From Amoeboaphelidium protococcarum X5 (lineage: Eukaryota > Fungi > Aphelidiomycota), in assembly GCA_023515725.1 (NCBI GenBank), contig JALDTO010000013.1:62001-126000 (forward strand): a stretch of DNA of 64,000 nucleotides. Reading direction: 5' to 3'. Within the stretch, counting starts at the first letter, position 1, and the number at the start of each line of letters is the position of its first letter. The notes beneath the pieces are model-generated. The model was given only the letters and a program-made list of their open reading frames with translations. It was not told where the DNA came from and did no database searches. This document shows positions 1 to 13,541 of this stretch, one piece after another. The position numbers were made by a program, and so were the translations under genes.

Positions 1-641
1 GGAGACGTGCCAGCGATGTTGATCACGATAGTGACACCCTATTTTATTCCAGATACGGAGGCGAAAGACTTTACGGCAGAGCCTAGATAGGACCCATCGG
101 CAACATTCATGCACTCAACCATTCTCTGACCACCAAAAGTCAAATTCAAGTTTAACAACGCGTCTACTTCACGAGACACCACAGTATCAGCCATCTTAGA
201 CAATTCCAAAGACATGGCTTTAACATCAGTCCATGCTGCATTAAAGTTAAAATGCTGAGGATTCTCCAGCACCTGACACCCATTCTCCATGATCATGCCA
301 GTTTCAATCTTGGAGGTGGAATTGTCACCAACCACAATGTTGCCAAAGTAGTTACGACCATTTGGCCACTTCAACGAGCCACCAGTAACAGTTACAGCAT
401 CACTGCACGCGCTGACATTCTGCAGCTTGTCACCGACACTGAAGCCAGCACCAAATTCAGCATTACCCTACACAGCCAACTTACCCTCAACATCAGATGA
501 GGCTTTCATGTCACCAAAAATGATGGCATTGTAGTCGGACACTGACGGCATCTTCACACACCCGCGCTCAGTATCAAACAGCTTGGCATTCGACGCGACA
601 CACAACACACTCACAACGGCTGAAACAACGGAATACTTCAT
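1..641 (-). CDS. Secreted choice-of-anchor A domain-like protein (3' end runs off the window)
   Basis: ATG at 641 gives signal peptide MKYSVVSAVVSVLCVASNA; DYNAIIFGD..SSDVEGKLAV(Q)GNA and FNFNAAW..VTIVINIAG resemble choice-of-anchor A; ORFs 468-653 and 39-374 join via TAG=Gln. Confidence 0.65.
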
Positions 642-923
642 AATTATAAACACGTAGATTGATTATTGGATGTAAAATAAATTTATTATCTCTAAAATCT
701 GATCTTTAAAAGGAAGAAAGACAAGAACGTTGTCAACATCTGAGATCATCTGAAGGCGGATACTAAAATAGGATCACCTGTAATCGATGTCTTGACTGGG
801 ATTTGGTCAGTATCGATATCCGCCAATCAACTCGCACTATTGATAATCTGGCCACTTTCAGTATATCAAAGTACTCAAAATACAAAAATGGAACATATTT
901 ATATATGTTTATATATAGTATTA

Positions 924-2956
924 TCATGAGAGAATAGATTTCAATTTCGACGCGTCTGTGGAATTGAGGGGCTTCGCCATTTAACTGCAGTCTATTGTGT
1001 ATAGTTTACCATTACGACCGCCAACAACACAATGCTTTCCATTCAATTCCCACGTGAGCTTGTACAGGGCGGACTGATCTTCTGTAACTTATATCGATTA
1101 GATTGGCTCCTACAAATATAAAGTATAAATGAATAATCTTGATTCGTAATCAAAATTACCTCTTGACTGAATAACAGATTCCAAATATCCAACTGACCAA
1201 ATTCGTTCACAGTTGCAAACACAGATGGATTATGCGGAGACCATCGAGCATCTTGCACGGCGCCTTGAGTACATTCCATGGAGATTTTTGGGTCATAAGA
1301 TATAGCATTCTACGCTTTGGCTTAAGAATGTGGCCTTTACGATGGTAGTGAGTATAAACTAAGTGTTTGATCACTTGATGCCGCAAGAACAAGTTCACCA
1401 GGTGCAGTGTGAGGACTTTTGAATGTATCGATACTATTAATTCGACCAAAGTGAGGTGTGAATGTCTCACTATCCATAATACCAGCTTTCAAACCAGCCT
1501 GATCATAACGATTAATGAACGCAATCTGTCCCTGCTCATATCCCGCAATAAAATGTGTATCATCTCCCGCCAGTATATCAAAGGAACTGACGGACATTAA
1601 TGATGATCCCTGTTTGCTTGATTACAACTGCAGACATTCCGTTGGCTTGTGGAGCATATCAACTTGCCATGAACAGAACACTCCATCCACGGATACTGAG
1701 TGAATCTATTGCAAATCAGATGCCGAGCCAGTAAGAAATAATCTGCATATTCTATCAGCATGCCAGTTGGCACATACAGGACTCTGCAGGACTGCCTTCT
1801 GACCAGCGCGATTATCCCAAATGACAACTTGTCCATTCGCAAGTCCACCAACGACTAAATTTGGATGCTTACTGATAAATTTGGCACTACTTACTTCATG
1901 ATGCGAAGTAAAAGTGAACTCTGGCACATCATTCATGTGTTCATTCCACACAAGAACTAAACCAGATTTGTGACTATAATCTCTCGTAGATGATACTGAT
2001 TATGACAATGATACTTGCTATGAAGAATATAAAGAATCGCCTTGAATAGAATAAGATGCCAGTGAGAGTTCGCCAAAGTGCGGAGATAAATCCACGTCTA
2101 GAATACTGTATCCACTCTGTTATAATGATTAGTTATGCATTGTGGAACTTATACGCGCCTTTCTCAATTTGGCTCCATTTAAAAGTACAAAATCTTCGTC
2201 ATTCAATGCAGCATCTTGACTGCCGCCAGCACTACGCAGCGTATAGTCTTTAAAGAGATCAAAGTCATCACGCATAGCCTTCTCCACAGTCTTAGTTGCA
2301 TTAATGAGAAAATCTTGATAATTAGAACTACTTTGCAATTATTTAAGCCGCTCACTATCAAGAGTTTTAATTTAAACTTATCCTAATTCAGTTTAATCTT
2401 TACTGAGAGCACTTGAAGACTATTCATCAACTGTTGTATCGTGAGCGCGCGGAGATTCAGCATTTTCCAGTGGGGACTATGGAGGCGGTGATAGATCCTG
2501 CGTTGAAGTTTAAATCTCCTTCTCATACATCACCTTCGACTACAAGTATAATTTTTACATATAAGTCAAGTATAATTTTAGTATTTTATAGAGAAATCTT
2601 ACCACCGGTTTAATTTCGAAAGAGTGAGACTACGACAGTTAAAACTAAGGCTCCACATTAGCAGGCATTAAAGTGTTCTTACTGCCATCATTATCGTCCA
2701 ACTACTCTTTACTGTCAGACGACTTAATCGGAGATACATGCTGACTGACTAGCTGAGCTACAAGTTATTCCACCTGTGCATTGGCATCTAAACTAACAGC
2801 AGCGCCAACTGATCCAGTCGATGCCTGTTCCCCGCTTCTCTTTGGCCGAGGTGATTGCTATGCACTAGCCTACTTTCGCTCTTCTCTAGCCTTTTTAAGT
2901 TCAGCCAACTTTTATCTCTTCCTCTCCAGTTCTTCCTTTCTTTTATTAGTGTCCAT
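924..2956 (-). CDS. PAC11: Cytoplasmic dynein intermediate chain (WD40)
   Basis: N-term RKEELERKR(Q)KLAEL; GLVLVWNEHMNDVPEFTF, HPNLVVGG..GQVVIWDNR, WSPHNPSVFA..GQLDIWNL; introns 2540-2602 and 1110-1159 give 640 codons ending in TGA. Confidence 0.9.
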
Positions 2957-3207
2957 TGTTGTGGAAAATGTTAAATATTATGATAATACGAAGAATATGC
3001 AGCTTATTAACGGCGATCTGTAATAAGAGGAAGAAATCTCGCTCAGATCCTCAGCGGGAAAGTCCCAGCGCGTTTTCTCTCTTTTGAGCGAATACCTTCA
3101 GACTGACTAACATAATGATAGATTCTCCCCGGTTATTATTTAAATGAATGGATTCTAGACAAGATGTTCAAAGCCAAAAATAAACTCAATAGGATTACTA
3201 AATTTGA

Positions 3208-4434
<1,227 letters not shown>

Positions 4435-4579
4435 AAAATTATTAATGGTTTTAGATTTCGTCACTCCGACATCTGATGAATGAAGAACAAAGAGAACCTC
4501 GCTCGCTTAAAAATCTGCCGTTTGAGCTCGCTTGCTTACCGGTACTTGAAGGGAGGAGAGAGCTCATCAGTAACTTGTA

Positions 4580-4593
4580 GTTGCCATGGAAAC
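4580..4593. promoter_or_regulatory. RFX X-box (GTTGCCATGGAAAC) in a divergent promoter
   Basis: Near-palindromic 14-mer matching GTTNCCATGGNAAC, about 100 nt upstream of the ATG at 4691. Confidence 0.55.
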
Positions 4594-4690
4594 GTTTACT
4601 AATAAGCTTTTTGCAGCTGGCCAAATTTTTTTGTCGCAGGATAATATCTTTCTTCAAGATTCGGTTTAAAGTATCAAGTCTATTCATTCA

Positions 4691-6495
4691 ATGTCTATAT
4701 TTGGGAAAGCAAAGGAAATTTATTAGCAATAGTAGCAAGCTTTGAGTCGTGCACTCAACAACAACAACAATCAAGGGCAACAAGAGCCCAAAGCTGTTTT
4801 GCAGCAGGCTCCAAATAAGCAGGAAATTGCTAAATCATCTACCGGTGCATCTCATTAAGATTAGCTTAAGCATGAAATCGAGCATTTGAAAACAGAATTA
4901 GAGCTTCTGAAGGAGTACAAAGAGTAGAATGTCGCTTTAAAAGCTCAACTCAGTCAATCGGTAGATAAGAAAGAGTATGAGAAGTTGAAACAACAGTTAT
5001 AGCACAAGCAAGCACAGTAAAATGATACTGGTGTCACATCACTGTAGAAGGAAATTGGAGATGGCAAGATATTGTAAGATGTTTGTATATAAACAGATTT
5101 GCTCAACGGTGATACTTCCAGAGAAGTCGTTGAGTCCACTGTTCATGATAACCGAATGAGCCAATCTGATGATTAAAGTGATCTAATGGTCACGCTCCAA
5201 GAGAAATTATCTTAATTCTAGTAATAGCTGAATGCTAAAGATTTGCAGATTGAATAAAAAAATCTAGATATCGCCAAGCTAAAAGGGGAGATGCAGGATT
5301 AGATTGAGTAAATAGGTAAAGATTATCAGTCCAAATTGGCGGCAAGGGAGAAGGAGATCCTTGCTCAAGTTGAGAAAAAGCACGCGTAGTAAAGTGATGG
5401 GTTGCTAAAGAATCAAAAGATTAGCGAAGAGAAGGATAGAATGATTGTAAATCTGCAGATGAAGTTGAATGAAAGTCAAGTGGATAATGAGTAGTCAAAG
5501 AATAAATTGACTCAATTAATGGCTCACGTTGAGAGCTTGCAAGATTAGATTTCCGACAACATATCTGTTTAGGAGAGTCTGAAGTAGAGCATCGTGTAGT
5601 TGCAAGACACCTGTAACGACTACAAAGGATAGATCGAGCTGCTGAATGCCGAGCTGCACGCGTCCCGATAGTCTCAAGATCGTCAGTCTAAATCATTGAT
5701 GGAAAAGATTGAAGCTTTGAAACAATTAAAGTTGCGCCTAGATGCTGAAAACTCATCAAATCAAAAGCTTGCGCAATAGTACGATAGTCTGTAAGAAGAC
5801 TTTAAGAAGAATTAGCAGTTTTTGTAAGAGTTGTAGTAGAAAAAGCTGGAGGGTGACGTGAAGATTAATGATCTCACAGGAGCCAATCAAACGCTTTAAG
5901 AAAGTGTCAAATTATTGACAGGCGACAGAGATTTGGTAACGTAGTAGCTCGAGTAAGTCAAGAGCAGTATCGCGATTCTGCAATAGGAGCTGGACAACAC
6001 CAAAACAGTAAGCGAAAGCAAGATTAAAGATCTGACATCTCAGTTAACGGAAGCGAAAGCCAACGCATTTCCCAAAGATGCGACAAACATGGAGATTTGG
6101 CGTAAAAAGGATGCCGAGATTAAGCAATTGTCAGATAAGGTGAGTAAAATGGCGAAAGATTTAGATATCAAGTCTAAAATGGTAATTTAGTATGCACTGA
6201 GGGAAAATGCATCAATGTTGACTCCTGCTCAGCTCAAACGCGACGCGTCACTTTCAAGCTTGCAGCAGATTGGAAAGTAGAAATCCTCGACTGAGCAACA
6301 GCTACTCACAGAGATTAATGCCAAATTGCAATCGATCATAGCGGTAAGCATCACTTTGAATGCACTTCTTTAACAATCGTTCGTGTGTAGGACATAACAA
6401 CCAAGAATTTCGAGCTGGAGGAGGAGATAAAAGGCTTGAAGGATTTGATTCGCCGTTAATCAGTTGTTGCCAGTAGTAACACGTCAAAATTTTGA
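4691..6495 (+). CDS. Long coiled-coil protein, GRIPAP1 (GRASP-1)-like C-terminus
   Basis: Q/E/K heptads throughout; C-term KSKMVI(Q)YALRE...EINAKLQSIIADITTKNFELEEEI resembles GRIPAP1; intron 6344-6390; 586 codons. Confidence 0.6.
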
Positions 6496-6563
6496 ATGAA
6501 TAGATTATTCACAATCAACACTACCATATTTAGATTTAAAAGCATTGTATATTAAATAACCAT

Positions 6564-6802
6564 TCATCTAGCTTCATATTGAACGACTACACACTCACAA
6601 TTATCGGCGCGATGATCAACATAACAAAATACTAATATATCTTACTTTTAGCTGTCCTCTTCTTGTACAGAATTCGGTAGCCACACTCTTTACATCTGAT
6701 GGGATCTTTCGGCTTAAGCTCGGTGTCTTTCCCACAATTTCCGCAGATATAAAACACGGGCTGAATAGCCTATTGTTACTAAACTGTTCTACTTTGATCC
6801 AT
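6564..6802 (-). CDS. RPC10: RNA polymerases I/II/III shared subunit Rpb12 (RPABC4)
   Basis: YICGNCGKDTELKPKDPIRCKECGYRILYKKRTAK/IVQYEAR; intron 6587-6645; absent from ORF track. Confidence 0.95.
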
Positions 6803-7579
6803 TTTCGATTTTTGAAAATGAGAGAAACGACGGCCGATAGTTTCGTTGAAGTAATGCTACTGGTAGTATTAGCTTGATGTTTAATTACAGCAGTGTGAGT
6901 AAAGTCAACTTCCAAAACTTGCATACATTATTATTATTATTAGTGTTATAACTAGAAAATAATTCACGCTGAAATTAATTTAATTTGTTCTTTTAAATCG
7001 TAAATGTACACTGTTATCTTTCCATTGTTGGCGTGAAGAGGCACTGATTGAGCGCGAACTATTCACCAGTTGAGATTGCAAAATTTATCATTATATTAAT
7101 TTAAGTATGGTGTCATTACGTACATATTACAGACATAGATCTTCTTAATCAATTATAATCTATGACATTAATCAGTTTTGTGCGTACTATATGTGTCGTT
7201 TCGACGCGTCAGACTTACAGTATGAATGCCCAAAGAAACATTTCAAATTCATGGCGCGCATCGGCTGCTATATATAATGCTTCTCATACGTATATCCTGA
7301 CTCTTATGTGAGGGCAGCCTGTGATACTTTTCAAATGGGGCAATTGGAACCTGAGAGATATATATCTTGGCGTGTTACATCTAAGGTGAACACAGCTAAA
7401 TTGCTTAGGGATCTGGACCAATCAATAGTTTGCATTTGACGTGCCACAGGTTGCACGAACAATCGATATTAAATCTAGATCTATCCACATCAACTTCTCT
7501 TCCTCTTTCTAATTAATCAATTATTATCTCACTCCTGTCTAATAATATCTCGTGTTGTAATAATATCATATCTTTCAAG

Positions 7580-8875
7580 ATGAAGTCTGGAATATTATCA
7601 TTGGTTGCTGTTTTGCTGCTGCAAATGTCTGTTGAGCCAACCTTCTTCAAGAAGCACAAGTCGCCTTATGGTCATTAGCCTGCTCCAAGACCTGGCCCAG
7701 GCGCCCCTGGTACTCCTGGCACTCCCGGCACTCCATCTCCTGGCACTCCTGGTGCTCCTGGCACTCCTGGCGCTCCTGGTACACCAGGTGGTCCTTCTCC
7801 TGGTACTCCTGGACCTCCAGGATCACCTTCTACTGTGACTGTGACCGTTTATCAGTGTGAGGCCACTCCGGGCACACCAGGCACTCCTGGTACTCCTCCA
7901 TCTCCTGGTACTCCTGGTACACCTGGAACTCCCCCATCTCCTGGCACTCCATCCCCAGGTACGCCTGGCACTCCAGGTACTCCTCCATCTCCGGGTACTC
8001 CAGGCACCCCAGGTACTCCACCTTCTCCTGGTACACCAGGCACTCCTGGAACTCCACCTTCTCCTGGTACACCTGGTACTCCTGGAACTCCAGGTACTCC
8101 TCCATCTCCTGGCACTCCAGGTACACCTGGCACTCCACCTTCTCCTGGTACACCGGGCACTCCGCCATCACCTGGTACTCCTGGTACTCCCGGCACTCCA
8201 CCTTCTCCTGGTACGCCTGGCACCCCAGGTACTCCTCCATCTCCAGGTACTCCTGGCACCCCAGGTACGCCTGGCACTCCTCCATCTCCTGGCACTCCAG
8301 GTACCCCATCACCAAATACTTCCACTTAAGGTTCTGGTCCATCATCTACCCCGTCAGCCGGTCCTACTTCTACCGCTGCTGCCGGTCCTGCATCTACCAC
8401 TGTGCCGTCACAGCTACCTACTCGTACACCTGCGTACCCAGGACCTCCAGGTAGTCCTGGCACTCCATCTCCAGGAACTCCAGGCACACCAGGCACTCCT
8501 CCATCACCTGGTACACCTGGAACTCCACCTTCTCCTGGTACTCCGGGTACTCCAGGTCCAGGCACTCCGGGTACTCCAGGTCCAGGCACTCCAGGTACTC
8601 CTCCATCTCCGGGTACTCCAGGCACCCCACCTTCTCCAGGTACTCCTGGCACTCCGCCTTCTCCTGGTACACCTGGTACTCCTCCATCACCTGGAACTCC
8701 AGGAACACCTGGTACTCCTGGACATCCTGGTCCATCGCCGTACAAGCCGCCACCACAATCGCCTTATTAGGGATTCATGGGCTCCTCTAACACAACTACC
8801 AATGCAGCCTCCACTTCCTCCTCAGTCGGTGGATACGTCTCCGTAGCAGCTCTGTTGCTATCCTCTCTAATCTGA
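7580..8875 (+). CDS. Secreted, probably GPI-anchored Pro-Gly-Thr repeat (collagen/extensin-like) surface protein
   Basis: Signal peptide [20 protein letters not shown]; PGT/PPS repeat blocks; C-term [27 protein letters not shown]; 432 codons in one frame. Confidence 0.8.
7705..8730 (+). repeat. Coding 9-nt tandem repeats (PGT triplets interrupted by PPS)
   Basis: CCWGGYACH units with synonymous third-position variation, in blocks around 7705-7820, 7865-8310 and 8440-8730. Confidence 0.9.
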
Positions 8876-9162
8876 TCTATCCATCTCACTATCCATACGA
8901 TATGATTCGTTGATGAACAATAATAGTTCTTTATTATTATATCAAGCTATCTTTTTTTTCATTCCACCTTATTGTATTTTATGTTAGAACTCTTGTTACC
9001 AATTACAACAAATTATACGCCCAAGCACTCACAACGCGCGCTCCTCTTCTCTTAGAGTCGTTCGTTCAGCGACTGAGAGCCGCCTACAGATTTTGTATAG
9101 TTTGGACAATTGTAATTATACTCCATAGCAGAGTTGTCATATTATAATTATATATTATCAGA

Positions 9163-9760
9163 ATGGATTCTTTTATGGGGGAGTTTTAAAAGATTGGAGT
9201 TGGACTCACAGCGTTTGGACTGTTCTTTATGCTCATTGGAAGCTTGCTTTTTGACAGCGGTCTACTCGCTATGGGAAATGTAAATTATCATATACGTATT
9301 TCAGAGGATATCCATGTTTAATACTTCATTGTAGCTTCTATTTCTGAGTGGAGTCACCATGATTATTGGTCCCAGCAAGACTGTGAGCTTCTTCTTTCAG
9401 CCGCGAAAGTTGAGAGGCACAATCTGCTTCATTCTGGGCATTGTCCTGGTCATGTTCAAGTGGGTTCTCATTGGTATACTTGTACAGCTATTTGGCTTTA
9501 TCAATCTTTTTGGGTAAGATTATTATTATCATCTAAATAGGTGCATTAATTACTTTATTTCATGCGTAATATATTGAAATTCGTGTAGAGACTTCTTTCC
9601 AGTTGTGGTGTCATTTCTTAGGCGGTTACCTGTCATTGGCTCTCTGCTATCTCTCCCCGTAATTGCTCCGGTAAGTTGTCATGTCTTATTGTGGTTATTT
9701 TAACATTATACTTTGGTGTAGATTGTTGATAGAATAACTGGATCACGATTACCAGTATGA
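9163..9760 (+). CDS. GOT1: Golgi transport protein Got1/GOLT1
   Basis: KIGVGLTAFG..FDSGLLAMGNLLFLSG..IGPSKT..RKLRGTICF..NLFGDFFPVV; introns 9280-9334, 9514-9588, 9671-9721; 139 codons. Confidence 0.92.
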
Positions 9761-9828
9761 TTTCGATTGTAATTAAAACATTTAAGTAAATAGAACGTCT
9801 ACTACTAGTACAACAGTTAGGAGATTCA

Positions 9829-11943
9829 TCATTAATCTTATTTCCTCTACTAAGTCTATGCTTACTCGAGAAAAGACATCCACTGGGATACGTTATCATC
9901 TGAGGCTAGAGATGTCTAATCAAAGTGGCCACCATTCTTCATTATTTTGATCAGCACCTTTTGTTGCAGTGATGGCGGCAATATGGATCTAAGCCGACTT
10001 ACAAAGCGTAGAGATTATAGGTAATTGACGCGCTAATCTTGCATTCCAGCAGTGATGAGCAAGTGTGGACAACTTTCAACAATTTTTGATATACTATCCA
10101 ATAGCTACGTCGGACAATACTGAGAAAGATGTGACTGATCAGTGCCCCACTCCTTGGACTCGAATTGTGATAATGGTGCTTTATCCTTGAGACTAGAAGC
10201 CCCAGACACGTCCAAAAATGGTGAATGCAGTACCAGTGCATCCCATAACTTTAAATCTTTAACCATCGACGCTGCCATCAGACACGAACCAGCACTTGCA
10301 CTCAGACCTGCGATAAAAGCACCGCGATCTTTAAATTGCTTTACCGCTTAGATCAATTATTTTAAAGCCACGATCTTGCCAGATTGTACACCTAATTGGT
10401 GCCACTATAATCCTTTAAAGTCTCCACCAACAGTGTGGATACTTGCTATTATCCAACCATTCAAGACTAATGGTATGAGTGCAGGATCTTTGAAAGGGAG
10501 CTACGTGTCAATCCCATAAGTATTGTAATTCAGAAATAGAACTTTAGAGTTGTTCGGCAACTTCTCTATACTACATGGATCCTTATAAATCTTTTGACTA
10601 TACAGCAATGTCACTGGTGTTGGAGGACACTTAAGAGAGCCGCTTATTTCAAATCTTGAGCTTTAGAAATCAGAGTTACCACCTAATTGCACATTATCTA
10701 CAACTTGAATTTCTGAAGACACGGGATTGAATCTTTATAATTCAATTGAATTCGCGCTTCTAATCAGCAAATCTATCTAGTCTTCTGCCCGTACTCTGGT
10801 CTCAATATCAACCAATTCGTGTAACATTTCGGGAGACATATCAACGTCTTTCACCGAGTTATCCTACAAATTCAAAGACTTTATTGCTTAAACACCATCC
10901 ACCTTGCCATGCACCAGAAGTCGAGACTTTTCCGCTGGGCCAATATCACTAATGATGAATTTTTCATTCGGAAATAGGATTTGCTGAAATCTACCATTCA
11001 CACACTATTGAACATACAATTACAGCTACTAACTGTCCACACTTTCATTTAAAATTCTACTATTGGTAAGATGAACAAACCGGCCACCACCACCATCCAC
11101 GTCGAAGTGATTGCAGAACCATACGAAATCGGACGGCGATGTCCAGAGAGGACGCAGCGATACCGCATCATACAGCGTAACTTGATTCTTCAAAATACCA
11201 TTTAAGCTCAAAGTAAAGTATTTGCCACTTTGACATGGTGCGATTTATAAGTTGCAAGTAGCATCAGACGTAGAAGACAACACGGACACTTGCTTCCAAT
11301 TTAAATGATAACAATCCACTCTGTTAATGTGCAGTTATGAGTTGACAAGAGAGAATAGTATTCTGTTACCATCCAAAATCATAAAGTCATGAACACCTTC
11401 AAATTTACGACAATAAAGCTATTAGTCCATCAAGTCAATAACGCGTAAAGTAAGTTACTCTGACCGACCACGTCGACTAAGTATTGCCAGCATTCTACCA
11501 CCATAGAAGTCGACTCTTTCCACCTATTCTGTGCCATTAAAGAGCTCTTTCAGTTACTAAATGTCATAAAGCTTTGTAAATTCCTCAGATTTATCAGCCA
11601 TATGAAAGCCATAAACTAGATCGCGTATGCAATATGTTCTGTCATCAACAACGTGTTTATGCGTATTATCATAGAAGCTATCATAAATACCAGCGCATTA
11701 CTATCTCACATGACCAAGTCGCTTCAGATAAACGTCTCTGCAATGTAAAATATCGCGCTGACTGAGAACCTGTTAGGCGAATCGATTCTCTTGATCAATA
11801 ATCGCGTTTAATTCCAGACTCATACCACCTTTATTCATTACACTGTGGTCATATTTAGGAGGTGCTATACGATTATCACTTACTCTTGCATTATATGGGA
11901 GTAGCTGCTTAACACGATTAATGACACGCGAAATAGTTTACAT
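9829..11943 (-). CDS. Prolyl oligopeptidase family S9A protein (oligopeptidase B/PREPL-like), divergent
   Basis: 705-codon frame; propeller-like N-half; C-term GLSASAG nucleophile, PFLDV, EWG, QD(Q)RV and GGHF triad motifs. Confidence 0.75.
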
Positions 11944-12119
11944 GCCTACTTTACTGTAAATGCAGCAATATCACGATTAATCGAAAATTCATAAGAACTT
12001 CGATAATGTCAAACGCGCACATGCTTTGAAATGCCGATCTTTTTCATGACTGACTTCTGTCTGCTTTGGTATATCTTCGTAATTAATTGAAAAAGACCGC
12101 CTGAAATTTGGAATTTGCA

Positions 12120-13406
12120 ATGAAATTAATAGTCAGATAAATTGATAAACCGGACATCACAGTTGAATGCGATTCATAGACGTCTATCAATGGTCTGCGT
12201 GAAGTGATTAGAAATGAGGTTGCAACTATGCCCTCTGGTGCTAGTATGAGGATATTATGGCGTGGGCGCGATATCCTGAAATCTTCATCGCGATCTTCAG
12301 GTTCAAGGGGAATATAGCATGTTAATGAGTCTTCCACCTTGGAATCGATTGGACTATAAGATGGATCAGTCTTGCATTTAGTTATTACTGAGCCTGTAGA
12401 TCCATCAAGCGAATCAGCCAGCCAAGTGCCGGTTGATCTATATTTATCATAAGAGGAGGTGGAATAAATCCGTCAACTAGGCAATAAAGTTTTGCAGATA
12501 AATCAAGAAATTAATAGCCTATGTGCATTGCTGAATGTTGGGGTTAACTAGGAGAATACCACAGTGCTAGTTGAACGCGATCTTGCCACCTAATCTGGTA
12601 TAGAGGCTGCGTTAGTTGATGGACGCGTTCATAAAGCGGTCGCCGTTCTGTTGGGGAAACGTGTCGTTAGTCTAACTAATTACACCAACAGATTTGGATA
12701 TAAGGTTGGAAGGGCTATTTAAGCTGGCATACCTGATGGTGCAAACTCTGTTCTGGAAGAAATTCAGAAATTTGAGACTTGTCAACAAAAGTTGTCTGAT
12801 ATTCGTGCTCAGTGTCTCTCCTTCTATAGAGAGTTTATAGCCTTGTCTTAGGAAGGTGGAGTGTTGCATCGCGTAAGAGATAAAATTCATTTTATTCCAG
12901 TGGATCATGCCGATGCTCATGGTGCTGATTCTGGCATATCTGTTGGATAATTTCAAGTCTTTGCTTCTGCTCTGCCAATGGACATTCCATTTGCGGTACC
13001 TATGCCAGTCCCTGTTGTTCCACCCACAGTTTAGCCTGCTGCCTCTCCAACAGCCTAATAACCTGGCTAATAGCGTACATAGTCAACATAGTAGAATGCT
13101 CCTTAGTAGACGTCAGGATAGCAGTAGCAGTAATCAGCGTAAGGTTAATAGTAGCCGGCCAGTTTTTAGTTTGCCGGAGATATTCAAGACGCACCTGGCT
13201 GGTTGAACGGTATACTTTAGACAATGACGGGCGCGTTTGTGAATGCTGTCAATTAACAACCTGGTAGCGCATCTCCTTCTACTGGAGCTACGGTAAATAG
13301 TAATAGTAGATCAGGCTAGGCGTCGCAGAGTTCTTCAGCTTAATAGCAGCAAAGTAGCAATCAATCATAGTCCACCGACAATATTGAACCACCCGAGATA
13401 GATTGA
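12120..13406 (+). CDS. N-terminal ubiquitin-like domain protein (BAG6-like architecture)
   Basis: MKLIVR..ITVEC..MRILWRGRDIL..TLESIGL(Q)DGSVLHLVI, then helical and P/Q/S-rich region; 429 codons to TGA. Confidence 0.65.
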
Positions 13407-13541
13407 TTGATTGAGAATTTTACAAGTTGGCAACAATCATAGTAAAGCAGTAACAGTTATGAGGAAGACGAGCAGTTAATTATAGTTTTAATCATCATAG
13501 AAATAAACATGATGGCTCATATTATTGATTTATTATTTTGC

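Noticed and set aside
6616-6924. 102-aa ORF from the track
   Set aside because: Overlaps the real Rpb12 gene in another frame
7830-8756. Antisense elastin-like (GVP)n and alternative-frame Leu-rich ORFs
   Set aside because: Shadows of the PGT repeat; only the PGT frame has a signal peptide, a GPI-like tail and third-position variation
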